Source: Podarcis vaucheri (Eukaryota). Taken from it: a stretch of DNA of 64,000 bases. Positions 12,457-23,917 of this stretch are shown here, piece after piece (the stretch's first letter is position 1; every line of letters starts with the position of its first letter). A program made the translations under genes and the position numbers. The notes under the pieces were generated by a model. It made no database searches, was not told where the DNA came from, and was given only the letters and a program-made list of their open reading frames with translations. The stretch lies in NCBI GenBank assembly GCA_965113315.1, contig OZ220368.1, one strand, 5' to 3'.

Positions 12457-14514
12457 GTAACCAGCCTCTCCATCCTTTGAACCAGCACCACACTAACTAC
12501 TGAGCATTCCTCCTTCCTTCTTCCCATGAGTCTGTGCTCTTTGTTGCTACGGCGGGATCTCGCCTTGTTGTTCTAGAAGAGGGTGTAATGATTAACATAG
12601 TGCTAACCACCCACCACTTCCGTCCTTGCTGGGCAGCTTCCCATATCTGGCGTTGCAGCACCCCCTGCTAGCTGAGCATTGCATTTCAGGGCTGACAGGG
12701 TTTTATTCATACATGTTTTTCTCCAGTCCCTAAGTTTCAAAAATTGTTCATTTCTTCATGAAGAAAGGATAGGCTGCTGTACGCAAGATGTAAACAAAAA
12801 TGCAAAAAGTGTCAAGGAACATAAGAGAGCACTTTTTCCCCCACAGTTAAATTTGTGAGGTTGTGCTGAAAATGAAATTGCAGCTTCTTATCCTGTGGGA
12901 TCCCACAATATTTTAGCTTGGTGGAATTGTTCTAAGCTGCATAAATGCCCAGGATCACCCCAATTATTATCTTGTTCTGCTCCAAACCCCTAAATCTTTA
13001 CTTTTTAATCAGGGGCTTGAGGTGGGTCCAGCAGCACACCTGGTCATTACACTCTGTTCTTCTCATGGCCTTTTGAATCAAAGTGAGTGTCTATTCTCTG
13101 ATATGTTTCACCCCCTGTTCTTTCCAGGCTATGGTGAAGAAGCCCATTTCTGCACCTGTCTGTTCTCCCTCTTCCTATACCTTCTCCTTTCTCTTTCTCT
13201 TCCTTTTTTTCTCAACAGTTTTGAGTTTTCCCTCCTTCTGATCTGAACTCTTGGGTTATTTTGGGATTGGCCCCCATTCCCCCATCATGTCCTCCAATCC
13301 TAACTGTGCAGATCAGTTACAAAGCAGCCACGTACACATTCATCTGAACCCGCATCACTTTGGGAAGAGAAAAAAGGTGGAGGGAACTGGTTTGTTTATT
13401 TCAGGGATTTTAGGGATTGAATCCTTGCCTCTGGAAGGTGACACAGATTGCTGCAGTTGTGCTGATATGCACCAGTTGAGGATCTGCCTCTTGTATTTTG
13501 GAGAGGTTCCAAAGACATTGTGGTCTAGACCACAAAAGTGACAGGTGGGAAACAGACTAACAGATTCCCTTCCTATTAGTTGACTCAGTCCTTGCCCCCT
13601 CATAATTAACCTTCCTCTTTCCCTCCCCACCCAACAACTCCACAATTGTTGTGTTATGTACAGTGAAAAAGACTAGCTCCCAGAGGCCTTAAAATGATCA
13701 ATGCAAGGGATCTGATCAGTGGAAAGATTTTTCCAGCTAAAAACAATTCTAGTTTTGTATCATTTATTCAGGTGATGATTTAAAATAAGAGCTAATCTTA
13801 TCTGCTGTTAATCTGCTATAAGGAGAACCTCCTGCAAATATTAACTATCAAGCAGCTCGGATCACTTGCTGAACTCTTTTGAGTTCTTCAGCTGTAAACC
13901 ATCCCAGAGCCTGGACAGAGGTTCCTTGCACTTTGTCCATCTGAGCTCCTGGATGCTTGCACTTGCCTCTAAAATAGCCAGTACCAGCCTCTGCTGAGGA
14001 GCAGAGGACTTTAGTCATGCCATGGGAGTCTGAGTATAATAGCTGTTCACAGGTTAGGTTTTGCACCGCTTCCACCTTGCTACCTCAGTGAGGTAAGTAC
14101 CAATAACTCCATCTTACAGAAATGCTCATGGAGGAGATGCCTTGCACAGGGACATGCAGCAAATCAGCGAGCCGATCTGGGAAACAGATCCCCAGAGTTG
14201 TGCCTCCTGTGCCTTCCTAGCAAGGCTGTCCTTCCTTCCAGGTGTAGCCATCTGAGATGTTGAAATGTATTGGCCTTTGGGAGGGGGGGATTTTTTTGCC
14301 ACCTGCTTCAGTCATCTGTTCCGGAGGGATGTGAAACAGGGCTCCCTGGATGTCTAGGTTTACCAAGTGTCTGTGTCTGTTGTTGGGGTTCCTGTGCACT
14401 GGGATTCTCTCTCCCTCTCTGTGCCGTCCTTCCTTCTCTTTCTGTTGCACCTAAAGTGTTTCTCAGCTGTTCTTCCCACTCATTCGGCCACTGTTTGTTT
14501 CGCCCTGGATCCAG

Positions 14515-14679
14515 CAAAAACTCAAGATGGTGTGGCCCTGGAGATCCAGCCACTGAAAAGCCAAGAAGGGGTGGAAAACGAGGAGAAGGAGGAGAAGAAG
14601 AAGGTGAAGGTCCCAAAGAAGGAGAAGTCCGTGTTGCAGGGGAAACTCACCCGTTTGGCAGTTCAGATTGGAAAAGCAG
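14515..14679 (+). CDS. ATP2B4: ATP2B4 coding exon (165 nt): [55 protein letters not shown] (acidic-phospholipid-responsive region)
   Basis: ggatccag|CA ... GCAG|gtgagc. Confidence 0.96.
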
Positions 14680-14848
14680 GTGAGCATGTCAATAGAGGCA
14701 GGATTTGGCCGTCTTGCAAGCCTGTCTCCCTAGTTTGTTTGTTGTGCATGGGCAAGGAAAGCAGATCCAAAGCAAGCATGACAGAAGTCAAGTGCAATTC
14801 CACTCAAGTGTTCAAAATCTGACTTAGGCTGCAATCCTGTGTGCATTT

Positions 14849-15082
14849 AGGGCTTATTCATACTTCCTCTTGTCCCACTGCTTTCCCCTGGGGAAAACCG
14901 CTCTTTATTGCTCAGTTGGAGCAAATGGCAATTCAGGTTTTCTCTGAATCGACATTTGCTCCGATTTAGCACTAAAGAGTAGGTTTTCCCTGTAAAAGGA
15001 GCAGGACAAGGGGAAATCCACTTTGACCATGCCTAAAAAGTATGGGCCAGGCACGGAACAAGCAGAAGTGTGGGCAAGCCCT
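14849..15082. mobile_element. Palindromic MITE, possibly PIF/Harbinger-like
   Basis: Termini agggcttattcatacttc / gaagtgtgggcaagccct are imperfect inverted repeats; long internal inverted arms. Confidence 0.6.
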
Positions 15083-15775
15083 TAAATAGGATCATACCAG
15101 AATGAAGTCAGAAGAACTTACTTATGAGTAGGTGTAAATAGGATTGCTCTGTCAACCCAGCTCCATACTCAGTATTTATTCTGACTGGCAACACCTCCCC
15201 AGGGTCTTTTCTCTCCTTGCTACCGGCAATTCTTTTAACTAGAAAACCAGGGATTAAATCTGAAAACATCTGTATGAATGTCATGTTCTCTGTTTCTTCC
15301 TCACTGGTAAGGTGAACACATTGTATATGGAAGGTTCCCAATTCAGTCCTACCATTTCTAGCTGAAGGGTCTCAGGTAGCTGCCTGGGAATTTGAAGAAC
15401 TGTTGAGTGTCAGAGGAAATAATATTGAGCCAGATGAACTAAAGTTCTGGCTGGGTGTAATTTGCCTTGTTCTTTTAAAGTGTGGTGGCCTCCTTCCCAC
15501 CGTAGCTGTACAAAGATCCCTATCTGAATGATGTCAGAATGGCTCTTGATTAAATTTGTTGCCTTGGGGCCTAAGTGCAAACATGTACAACACCCCAAAG
15601 ACCTTTATAAGAAATTGTTTGGAGGAAAGCTGGTTTTAGGAGGAACCATTTATGGCAGAGAAACAGGAGCAGCCTCTATTCTCCGAATTTCCAACTCCCA
15701 AAGCAGCTTTTCTGTAAAGGAAGAAAATACATACTGTTTGGGTTTTGTTAAAATCATTTGCATGTAATGCTTACA

Positions 15776-15977
15776 GGAAGGGCCATAGCTTAGTGGTAGA
15801 GCATGCAAAAGGTCTCAGGTTCAATCCCCAGCTTCTGCAGATAAGACTTTGCTCCCAGCCTCTGCGGGGAGACTCTTGCCCTAAAACCTTGGAGTGTCAC
15901 TTCCAGTCAGTGTAGACTGTGCTATGCTAGAAGTTTACCAATGGTCTGACTCAGTAGAAGACAGCTTCCTATTTCCT
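15776..15977 (+). mobile_element. Squam3-like tRNA-derived SINE
   Basis: Head ggaagggccatagcttagtggtagagc...ggttcaatcccc; body ccagtcagtgtagac; tail ccaatggtctgactcagt...cagcttcctat; family name from recalled consensus. Confidence 0.75.
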
Positions 15978-16789
15978 AGGTCCAGTTGAGATTCCAGTTG
16001 ACACTGCACCCCAATTGGCCAAAATAACCAAGACTTCCTCCCTGCCAGCCCTGCCAACCCAAGTGTTTTGAAAAATCCTGATTCATGACTTTTTCAAAAA
16101 AAAGGGGGAGAATAGGAAGATTGAATGAATAAAATTCGCTAGAGAGACTGTTCCTTTTTGTTTGCCTTTGAGCAAATTGCTCTCAGAGCAGATGCAGGCA
16201 CAAGCAATGCCAACCATTCTCTGTAGCTACGAGGCTGGGAAAGGAGCTTCATCCTGAGTAATGAGTTCAAAGGCGGGGCAAAATTGTCTCATTGGTAACA
16301 TGTGGCAGTGACTGACGGGGGTGACTTTGCATTCACCCCTGCCTTCCTGATACTGGCTGTTGCTGCTGCTTACTGAGAGGGGGAGTGCAAGGTGTAGGGA
16401 GCTCGGCCTGCTGCTGAGGCGATGGCAGAAGGGTCAGGTTGGGTTGCTGCTGCTCGTGCCCCTACACTGAGCACCCTGTATTTCTCCCTCTTGCTAAGTG
16501 ACAGTGATGCTTGACATTGGGAACCAAGCACCCCACACTGACCTCTGTTGTAGTCTCTACACCTCTTGGAAGAGAGAGAGATGACACAGAGAGGAGGTGC
16601 TCTTGTGCAAGTTAACTGGTGCATTGCAGTTCTCTCCATTGTGAGACCTGAAATCAGTAAGCTTTGATTAGTACCCCTCAGTCCAGGTTGGCAACTATAA
16701 AATTATCACTTCGGTCCAGCCAACCCTCTGATCTTCTGGTGGTCTGCCCTCACCTGCCTTCTCTTTCTGTCCCTGTTCCTCCTCCTCAG

Positions 16790-17004
16790 GCCTGATTATG
16801 TCAGCCATCACAGTCATTATCCTGGTGCTGTATTTTGTGATTGACACCTTCGGGATTCAAGGAAGGCAATGGCTGGCTGACTGCACTCCCATCTACATCC
16901 AGTATTTCGTCAAGTTCTTCATCATTGGTGTCACTGTGCTCGTGGTAGCTGTGCCTGAAGGCTTGCCTCTGGCTGTAACCATCTCTTTGGCCTACTCTGT
17001 GAAG
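16790..17004 (+). CDS. ATP2B4: ATP2B4 coding exon (215 nt): [16 protein letters not shown]...[20 protein letters not shown] (TM3-TM4)
   Basis: cctcctcag|GC ... GAAG|gtgaga; PEGL motif. Confidence 0.97.
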
Positions 17005-17257
17005 GTGAGAGGCTGGAAGCCAGAAGAGATTTTGGACCTGATATTGGCTGCCAGGTTGGGGGAGACAGGACGGGGCTGGATCTGGAGGTTGGGTTGCTTT
17101 CTTCAGTTTTAGGGGGAAAGGCTAGTTTTGGATTTGCCACAACAGATTTATTGTGCAAGGAAGTGGAGAGTAAGGTGCCTTTTTCTTTGGAGTGCATGAA
17201 AGGAGTGGCTAGAAGCACTTGGAGTTGGAGTTTTACAGTGTTAAATAAGCACATTTA

Positions 17258-17748
17258 CCGTATTTTTCGCTACATAAGACGCACTTTTTCCCTCTTAAAA
17301 TCTAAGGGGAAATGTCTGTGTGTCTTATGGAGCGAATGTGTGGTCCCTGGGGCTGGGGGGGGGAGCCGGGATTCCCCCGCCAGCCCCACAAGCCTTGGGG
17401 AGGCTTTGCACGGCTATCCCTTTAAAGAGCATGCAGCTCTTGCAGGAGGGGGGGGAAGGGAGAGAGCAAGGCTCTCTCCCTTCCCCCACCTCCTGCAAAA
17501 GCCCCAAAGAGCCGCGCTCCCTTTAAAGAGGTGCGCGGAGTGTGTGTGTGGCTCCTCAGAGAAAAGCCTTAAAGCGCCACACACATGCTCTTCGCGGCTC
17601 ATGAAAGGGAGCGCTGAGCAGAGCCTGGGATGCAGACAGGCTCTGCTCAGCGCTCCCTTTAAAGATTTTTTTTTCTTGAATTCCCCCCCCCCCAAAAAAA
17701 GTAGGTGTGCCTTATGGTCAGGTGCGCCTTATGGAGCGAAAAATACAG
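17258..17748. mobile_element. Tc1/mariner (pogo/Tc2-like) non-autonomous element
   Basis: TA|ccgtatttttcgctacataagacgcac ... gtgcgccttatggagcgaaaaatacag|TA: terminal inverted repeats with TA duplication. Confidence 0.85.
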
Positions 17749-17971
17749 TACTCAACTCGAGCCGGCCTCCACTTCTTACACCAAATGCTTAGATAGAAAC
17801 TAAGATAGATGTGAGGTCTGTTCATCTCTCTCTCTCATTTTTACTCTAATGTGGCATTTAAGAATAATATTGTTCGGCACATCACTGCGAGGTTGTTTAG
17901 TTACAACTATTTCCCAAAGAGGCAGATTTGCAAGATTTGTTTCCTCTCCCCTACTTTGATTTCTTTCATGC

Positions 17972-17973
<2 letters not shown>

Positions 17974-18016
<43 letters not shown>

Positions 18017-18070
18017 TTCATTTATACACCACCCTCCCTGGCCAGGACCGGGCTCAGGGAGGCTAACATC
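17974..18070 (-). mobile_element. L2 3' tip with (TAA)n microsatellite tail
   Basis: Reverse complement resembles the 3' end of the L2 at 35360-35466. Confidence 0.7.
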
Positions 18071-18436
18071 AAAGTATGATACATTAAAAACATAAATCAC
18101 ACAATCAATTAAAACACAGCTTAAAATAAAATTTGGAGCAGAATAAAATCAGATGGCAACCCATGGATTATAACTATAACTATAACTGTAACTGTTTGTG
18201 CTGGTCTTATATGAGCTGGTAGAAAGGGTTAGGGAGGCCACTTACATACTGGGTATTATAACAAAAAAAGAGAGGGGGTCAGACTGGGCCCCAACCAAAG
18301 GCCTGTCGGAACAGCTCCATTTTGCAGGCCATGCAGAAAGAGGACAGCATCTTGCATTAGTCCAATGGCCAGTCTGCCTCTTTGCCATTGAGTCTCCGTA
18401 ACCCTTCTTAGTGATTCCTGTGTTTCCCTTGCACAG

Positions 18437-18679
18437 AAAATGATGAAAGATAACAATCTGGTTAGGCACTTGGATGCTTGCGAGACAATGGGCAACGCCA
18501 CTGCTATCTGCTCAGACAAGACAGGTACTCTCACCATGAACCGTATGACTGTGGTGCAAGCTTATGTGGGGGACACCCACTACAGACAGATCCCTGACCC
18601 AGAAGCCATTCTGCCCAAGACTCTGGACCTCATCATCAACGGCGTTGCAATAAATTCTGCTTACACCTCTAAAATCTTG
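18437..18679 (+). CDS. ATP2B4: ATP2B4 coding exon (243 nt) with the catalytic aspartate, CSDKTGTLT (Asp codon 18515-18517)
   Basis: ttgcacag|AAA ATG ... CTTG|gtaagt. Confidence 0.98.
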
Positions 18680-20827
18680 GTAAGTCCTGGCTTTGTGAAG
18701 GAGCTAGCATTGCCACCCTTCATCTAGTTCACCAAGGAGAGGAGTTTAGTAGGACCTTTCATCCACCTGAAGATTGCCATTCTGTGGTGGAAGGATTGGT
18801 GCACACACACTTCTTCCCCACGTGTATAAAGCATAGTGTGCAGCAGGCACTCCATGCACAAGCCCAGGCGCTTGTGGACTTCATTGGTGTTCTCTTTTCC
18901 TTTCCATTTGTGCCTGTGTGCAACACGCATGCAGCGATGCACACATGCTCTCTCCTTCCACCACAGAACCAAAAGATGGACAAGCATCCTTGTGCTTGTC
19001 CCACAATTAAATCTGTTCTCTTCAAGCATATCTTTAGTGTTCACAAGAATGCTTGAAAATGCCCAGTTCCTTCTGTTGCCTACAGCCCTGTTTCTGAGGT
19101 GAAGGGGATCTCTTTTGGGAACCAGGATGGGGCCACAGATGGAGAAAGCAGCTCCCTCAAAGGAGAGCCTAACCAAGCTTCTTCTCCTTCCTGATAAGTG
19201 AAGGTGCTTTCTGTGTAATGATGCTACCAGTGCCATTTTCTCCTGAAGATCCCAGAGGTTGAACTGCAATCCCTCTGATCCACAGTGGGAAAAGATGCTA
19301 TGAGTTTCACCATGCTGGCATCATCTTACAAGAGAGCTTAGAGAGCTGTTTTATTAATCTTCCTAAATAAAATAAACATATTCACGTTATAAACAGGCAG
19401 GGAAAGGAGTGAGGCAGGCAGGGCTCGCTCATCTTTGAGGGAGCCCTCTGTCACCTGCTGCCCCATCCCTGACCCCAAAGTGTGTTCTTTGCTCTTTGAG
19501 TGGCAGATGGACAGAGGAGGAGGAGCTTGAACAAGCTGCATCAAGCTCACAGTGGACTGTGCCTGCTTTTTAATTTGATGGAGGGATGCAACAGCCTCTG
19601 CTGCAAATGCTCTCCCCATCAATGTTCTTTTACCTGGGTGAATCTGTGAACCAACACTATCAGCTGTCACTGATCTGCAGCATATTTACCGAGGAACAGA
19701 AGAGCCTCAGTAGGTTTGTAGGGAGGAGAGCAGGACATTTGTCACTAACTTACGGTCGGTCGGTCTCACTTCCAACAGGATTAATCTCTGTGTAGGGAAA
19801 AGCAATGTCTGCTGGGATCTCTGTTCTCAGACTTGGATCCCTGTTACATGTATTGGCTGCTTGCAGCAGAAAAACACACTGTGCCTTTCATGTGTTAACA
19901 AAATGCACTTTTTTCTTAAACATGAAAGTAATCTTCGTGTCTGGAAAAAATAGCATATGAAGCTCTTTTTGAAATGTCTAATATACATAAACCTTCCAAA
20001 CTCTCCAGTGAGGTAGGGAAGTGCCGTGCAGTTGGCTCCTCTGATCTGGGACTGACAAGGAGAAATCTGAATACCCACCAGTCAGTCTGAGATCAGAAGA
20101 GGTCTCTGCTTCACAAATCTGACAGGTAAGGAAATTCTGCTAATATCCCTTTCTCACAGATAGAAACTGAAGCCTAAAGAGATTAAGGCTTTGACTTCTG
20201 AAAGATAAAAATAACAGCCCTCTAGCTAACTCACTTTGGATTTTCGTCGTTTTTACCTCTGAAATTCTCTTCTAGTGACAGGAACCCACCATGGACAAAT
20301 CCAAATGTTTTTCATTGCATATTGTTGCCTCTTTGCTCCAAGGAGCTCGGAGTAAGGGCCAAACCAGACAGAAAGTTAAACTCCTCTTTGCATTAGCATG
20401 CATGGTTTTTTGGTTTTTTGTTTAATGCAAATAGCATGAGCTAAAGGGGCTGATAATTACCAGGATCACAGCTGGGCTGGAAAGGGGGAATTTTGATCCA
20501 AAAGTGTTCTTCATATGATAGCTGCATATATTTGGTTTAATCCTCTCCCCCAATCCCCACATTGCACTTTTATTCTCCCTCTGAGGTGGTTGGGCTCAAG
20601 GACAGCAACTAGATCAGGTTCACCCAGGGAGCTTCATGACTGAGTAGGGATTTGAACCCACAGCTCCCTGGTTCAAGACCAGTGCTGTACCCACTAAGCC
20701 TCCCTGGCTTTCCCTTCCTGTTCTGTGCTTACCAGTCACCCGATTCTGATAGGGTGCAAGTGGCCATGGCTGTTTAGATGTGATTTGCCATTAGTTTGTC
20801 ACCTGACACTCGTTTTGGGAAATCTAG

Positions 20828-21069
20828 CCACCAGAGAAAGAAGGGGGCCTCCCACGTCAAGTTGGAAACAAGACGGAATGTGCGCTTCTGGGTTTTGTGC
20901 TGGACCTCAAGCAGGATTATCAAGCCGTCCGCAATGAGGTGCCAGAGGAAAAACTCTACAAGGTGTACACCTTCAACTCGGTCCGCAAATCCATGAGCAC
21001 GGTGCTGAAGAATCCAGATGGGAGCTTCCGCATGTACAGCAAAGGAGCCTCTGAGATCCTCCTGCGCAA
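20828..21069 (+). CDS. ATP2B4: ATP2B4 coding exon (242 nt): [23 protein letters not shown]...[10 protein letters not shown]...[11 protein letters not shown] (N domain)
   Basis: aatctag|CCA CCA GAG ... CGC AA|gtaact; translated by hand, this frame is absent from the ORF track. Confidence 0.95.
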
Positions 21070-22715
21070 GTAACTAACTTCTCTCCTAATGGCTCTGTTG
21101 GGGGTCTCTGGTGATTCTTTCTGCCATATTCCAGAAGGGTAACTGTTACTTTGTGGGTTCAAAGGAACAGCAAAGAGTCTGTCATCCAGGAAAGCTTGTG
21201 CTGTAATAGATTTGTTAGTCTTTAAGCTTCTACTGGACTCTTCTTGTTGTTGTTTTCCATTTCTCTTCTTTACCACTGTTCCCAGAGTTCCCACTGGCAG
21301 TGGAATATCTAGGCAGATTCAGAAGGCTTTATTGCAGAAAGCTGGACATTTAAAAGCCTAATTGGGCATGATATCATTCCCACAATTAGCAGTTACAGGA
21401 ATGGGTTTTTAAAAAGTAAACAGCAAGAGCAGGGGACCCAATCCAGATTAGAGTTTAAAAGGTAACCCTCCTCTCCTCCACTACAGTCCCAGATTGGAGC
21501 TGGGGCCTCTTTGCATTGGAACCTGTAGGAGGTCTCGGTTCAGATTAGGACTGCAGTAGGGCCCCAGGGTTAAAGCCATTACATACACCAGCATCCTGAT
21601 TCAGATTAGCCCCCCTACACCTGCTACTTACTTGATTAAAAAAAGCAACACTCACACATTAACAGAACTGATAATTGCTTGAGCGACATCATGTCTGGTT
21701 TGAGCTTCGAAGAAAAGCTTGAGTCAACTATCTAGGCTGCTGTTTTCCCTCCTTACGTTCAGCCCATCTTAACAAACGAGAAAGGGGGAGGATGAAAGAA
21801 AGTTGGCGATGATGGAAGTTCTCCCAGACACTAGGTCTTGGTGAGCTTCACAGAATTGTAGGGATGGTCTACTGTTTTCCAAGAATTCTCTTTTGCTGAA
21901 AAAGTTTGGAAAAACCCAGCCCAGTCCAAACTGAGATGGGCAGATTTCACCCATCTTTACTACTCTGTGTTAAACGTTGACCAATGTCACAAACACTGGT
22001 AAGGATAAAGCAGGTACCAAACTCACACTCAGAACTGAGCATCGCTTTCATAATGGTTAATTCAGTGCTGCAGTCTGGAATAATAAAAAGAACACGTATA
22101 TCTGTATCCATTTTCATCAAAGAAACATCAGGATTAAGGTTGACTTAGGATCAAACAAACTCATGGGTTTTGAAGTAGGAGATATCTTCTCTGTGGTTCC
22201 ACGCTACACATTAATTACTTGGATTTCAACACAGTTTATAGGTGCTTTTTTATATTTCCGTGGTTTTTGTAACAGAGGTTCTCTCTTACTTGCTCATGCC
22301 ACTGCAAGGAGTCATAGAACTGTAGAGTTGGGAGGGACCATGAGAGTCATTTATTCCAACCCAATTGCATAATTTCATAGTCTCTTCCTTTTTGCTGCTT
22401 ATGTCGGCCTAGCAGTATGCCATAAGTGGAGTCCTTAACCATTGAATTTCCTCTGGGTTTTTGAAGTGGCAAGATACTAACGACACAAGTAGTTTCATGG
22501 GTTAAGGAATATTCAGTGATGCATGCTAGCTATGAAAGAAGCTGCTTTCCAACAGTTCGTCACTCCCTCCTATTGTGCCCACAAAATGGTATTTCCTTTC
22601 CATGTTTATACCGTTGAAGATCATACCTGCTGCCCATTCATAGCCTGTAAAATTCACTGTGTTCAAAAAGAGGATAGTCATGCATGTAGGGGCAGAATGA
22701 GGCCTGTGTTCTATT

Positions 22716-22921
22716 CTATTTATTTATTTGATTCCTATCCCACCTTTTCCTCCAAGGAGCTCAAGATAGCAGCATACATGGTTTCCCCTTCCTCATTTTT
22801 CCTCACAACAACCCTGTGAGGTGGGCTAAGAGACAATGGCTGGCCCAAGTTCATCCAGTGACTGAGTGGGGATTTGAATCCTGATCTCCCAGGTCCTGGT
22901 CCAACGCACACTACACCACAT
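22716..22921 (-). mobile_element. MIR-like (CORE) SINE; a related fragment lies at about 20567-20700
   Basis: Core cctcacaacaaccctgtgagg and reverse B box gggatttgaatcc. Confidence 0.65.
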
Positions 22922-23682
22922 TGTCCTGTAGCCGTGGATGAGGTGCTGGAAACTCTGTAGGCCCCAAAGGATGCCTAAAAATGACCTACTCAATTCCCTT
23001 CTATTTATCCCAACTTGTCCAGTCAATGGTCCAGTCCACTGGTGGGGGGGCATTCTCCAAGAGAAAGACTCAGCTCTGCTCTAGACATGAGGCACCTCTC
23101 AATTTCTTGTCTACATCTGTACTAGGATTGTTTTATTTATTGTTTTATCGCTTGTTGTTTGCTACCCTAGGCTTCTTTGGGAGGAAGGGTGGGGATATAA
23201 ATTTAATAAATAGATAAAATAATAAAAATAATAGAGCTGTCTTTCCCCCCAACCTCTACAGCAAATGGATGTAGACCTCTTGGTCTGTTCCAGGTGGCTA
23301 CGAAAGTGTCTTATTACGCAAACAAAATATGCACCAAAATTTGGTATCTCTGTCCCATTAATATAGTTGCTGAAGTTCAACAGGCCCTTAATCTGTGGAC
23401 AGTCTTGTAAGTTAAAGCTAGGTTAAGGCTCAAGTTAGGAATGGGCAGCAGTACATACTTTCCATTAAAGAGGGCAGCACAACCCTTCTCATTGTTTTTC
23501 TGGGAAGGAGAAAGTAGATAATGTACTCCTGTATGTAAAATAGTGTGTAATCCATGCCTCACTAAGGCACAATCCCTTTGGACCACGTACCTAAAGCTCT
23601 TTGCCTTTGCTTGCATGAATACAGCTTTTGGAACACATGCTTATTATTCCTTCTGTTTCTCCCCACCCTACCTTTTATTCAG

Positions 23683-23917
23683 ATGCACAAAGATCTTGGA
23701 CAAGAATGGGGAACCCAGAATATTTAAGGTGAAGGACCGGGATGAGATGGTGAAGAAAGTGATTGAGCCAATGGCTTGTCAGGGGCTGCGTACCATTTGC
23801 CTGGCCTATCGGGATTTCCCTACTGGAGTTGAGCCTGACTGGGATACGGAAAATGAGATCCTGTCTGACCTTACCTGCATCACTGTGGTTGGCATTGAGG
23901 ACCCTGTTCGGCCGGAG
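23683..23917 (+). CDS. ATP2B4: ATP2B4 coding exon (235 nt): [10 protein letters not shown]...[12 protein letters not shown]...[10 protein letters not shown]
   Basis: ttttattcag|A TGC ... GAG|gtacca. Confidence 0.97.

Noticed and set aside
12229-12480. 83-aa ORF, or extra PMCA2-like site-A exons upstream of the 36-nt exon
   Set aside because: The ORF is in a different frame from the real exon, and candidate AG...GT pairs give 26 or 52 nt, neither frame-preserving.
17094-17792. Longest ORF in the track (232 aa) as a gene or transposase
   Set aside because: It spans a GC-rich non-autonomous MITE, has no DDE or helix-turn-helix features, and is open by chance.
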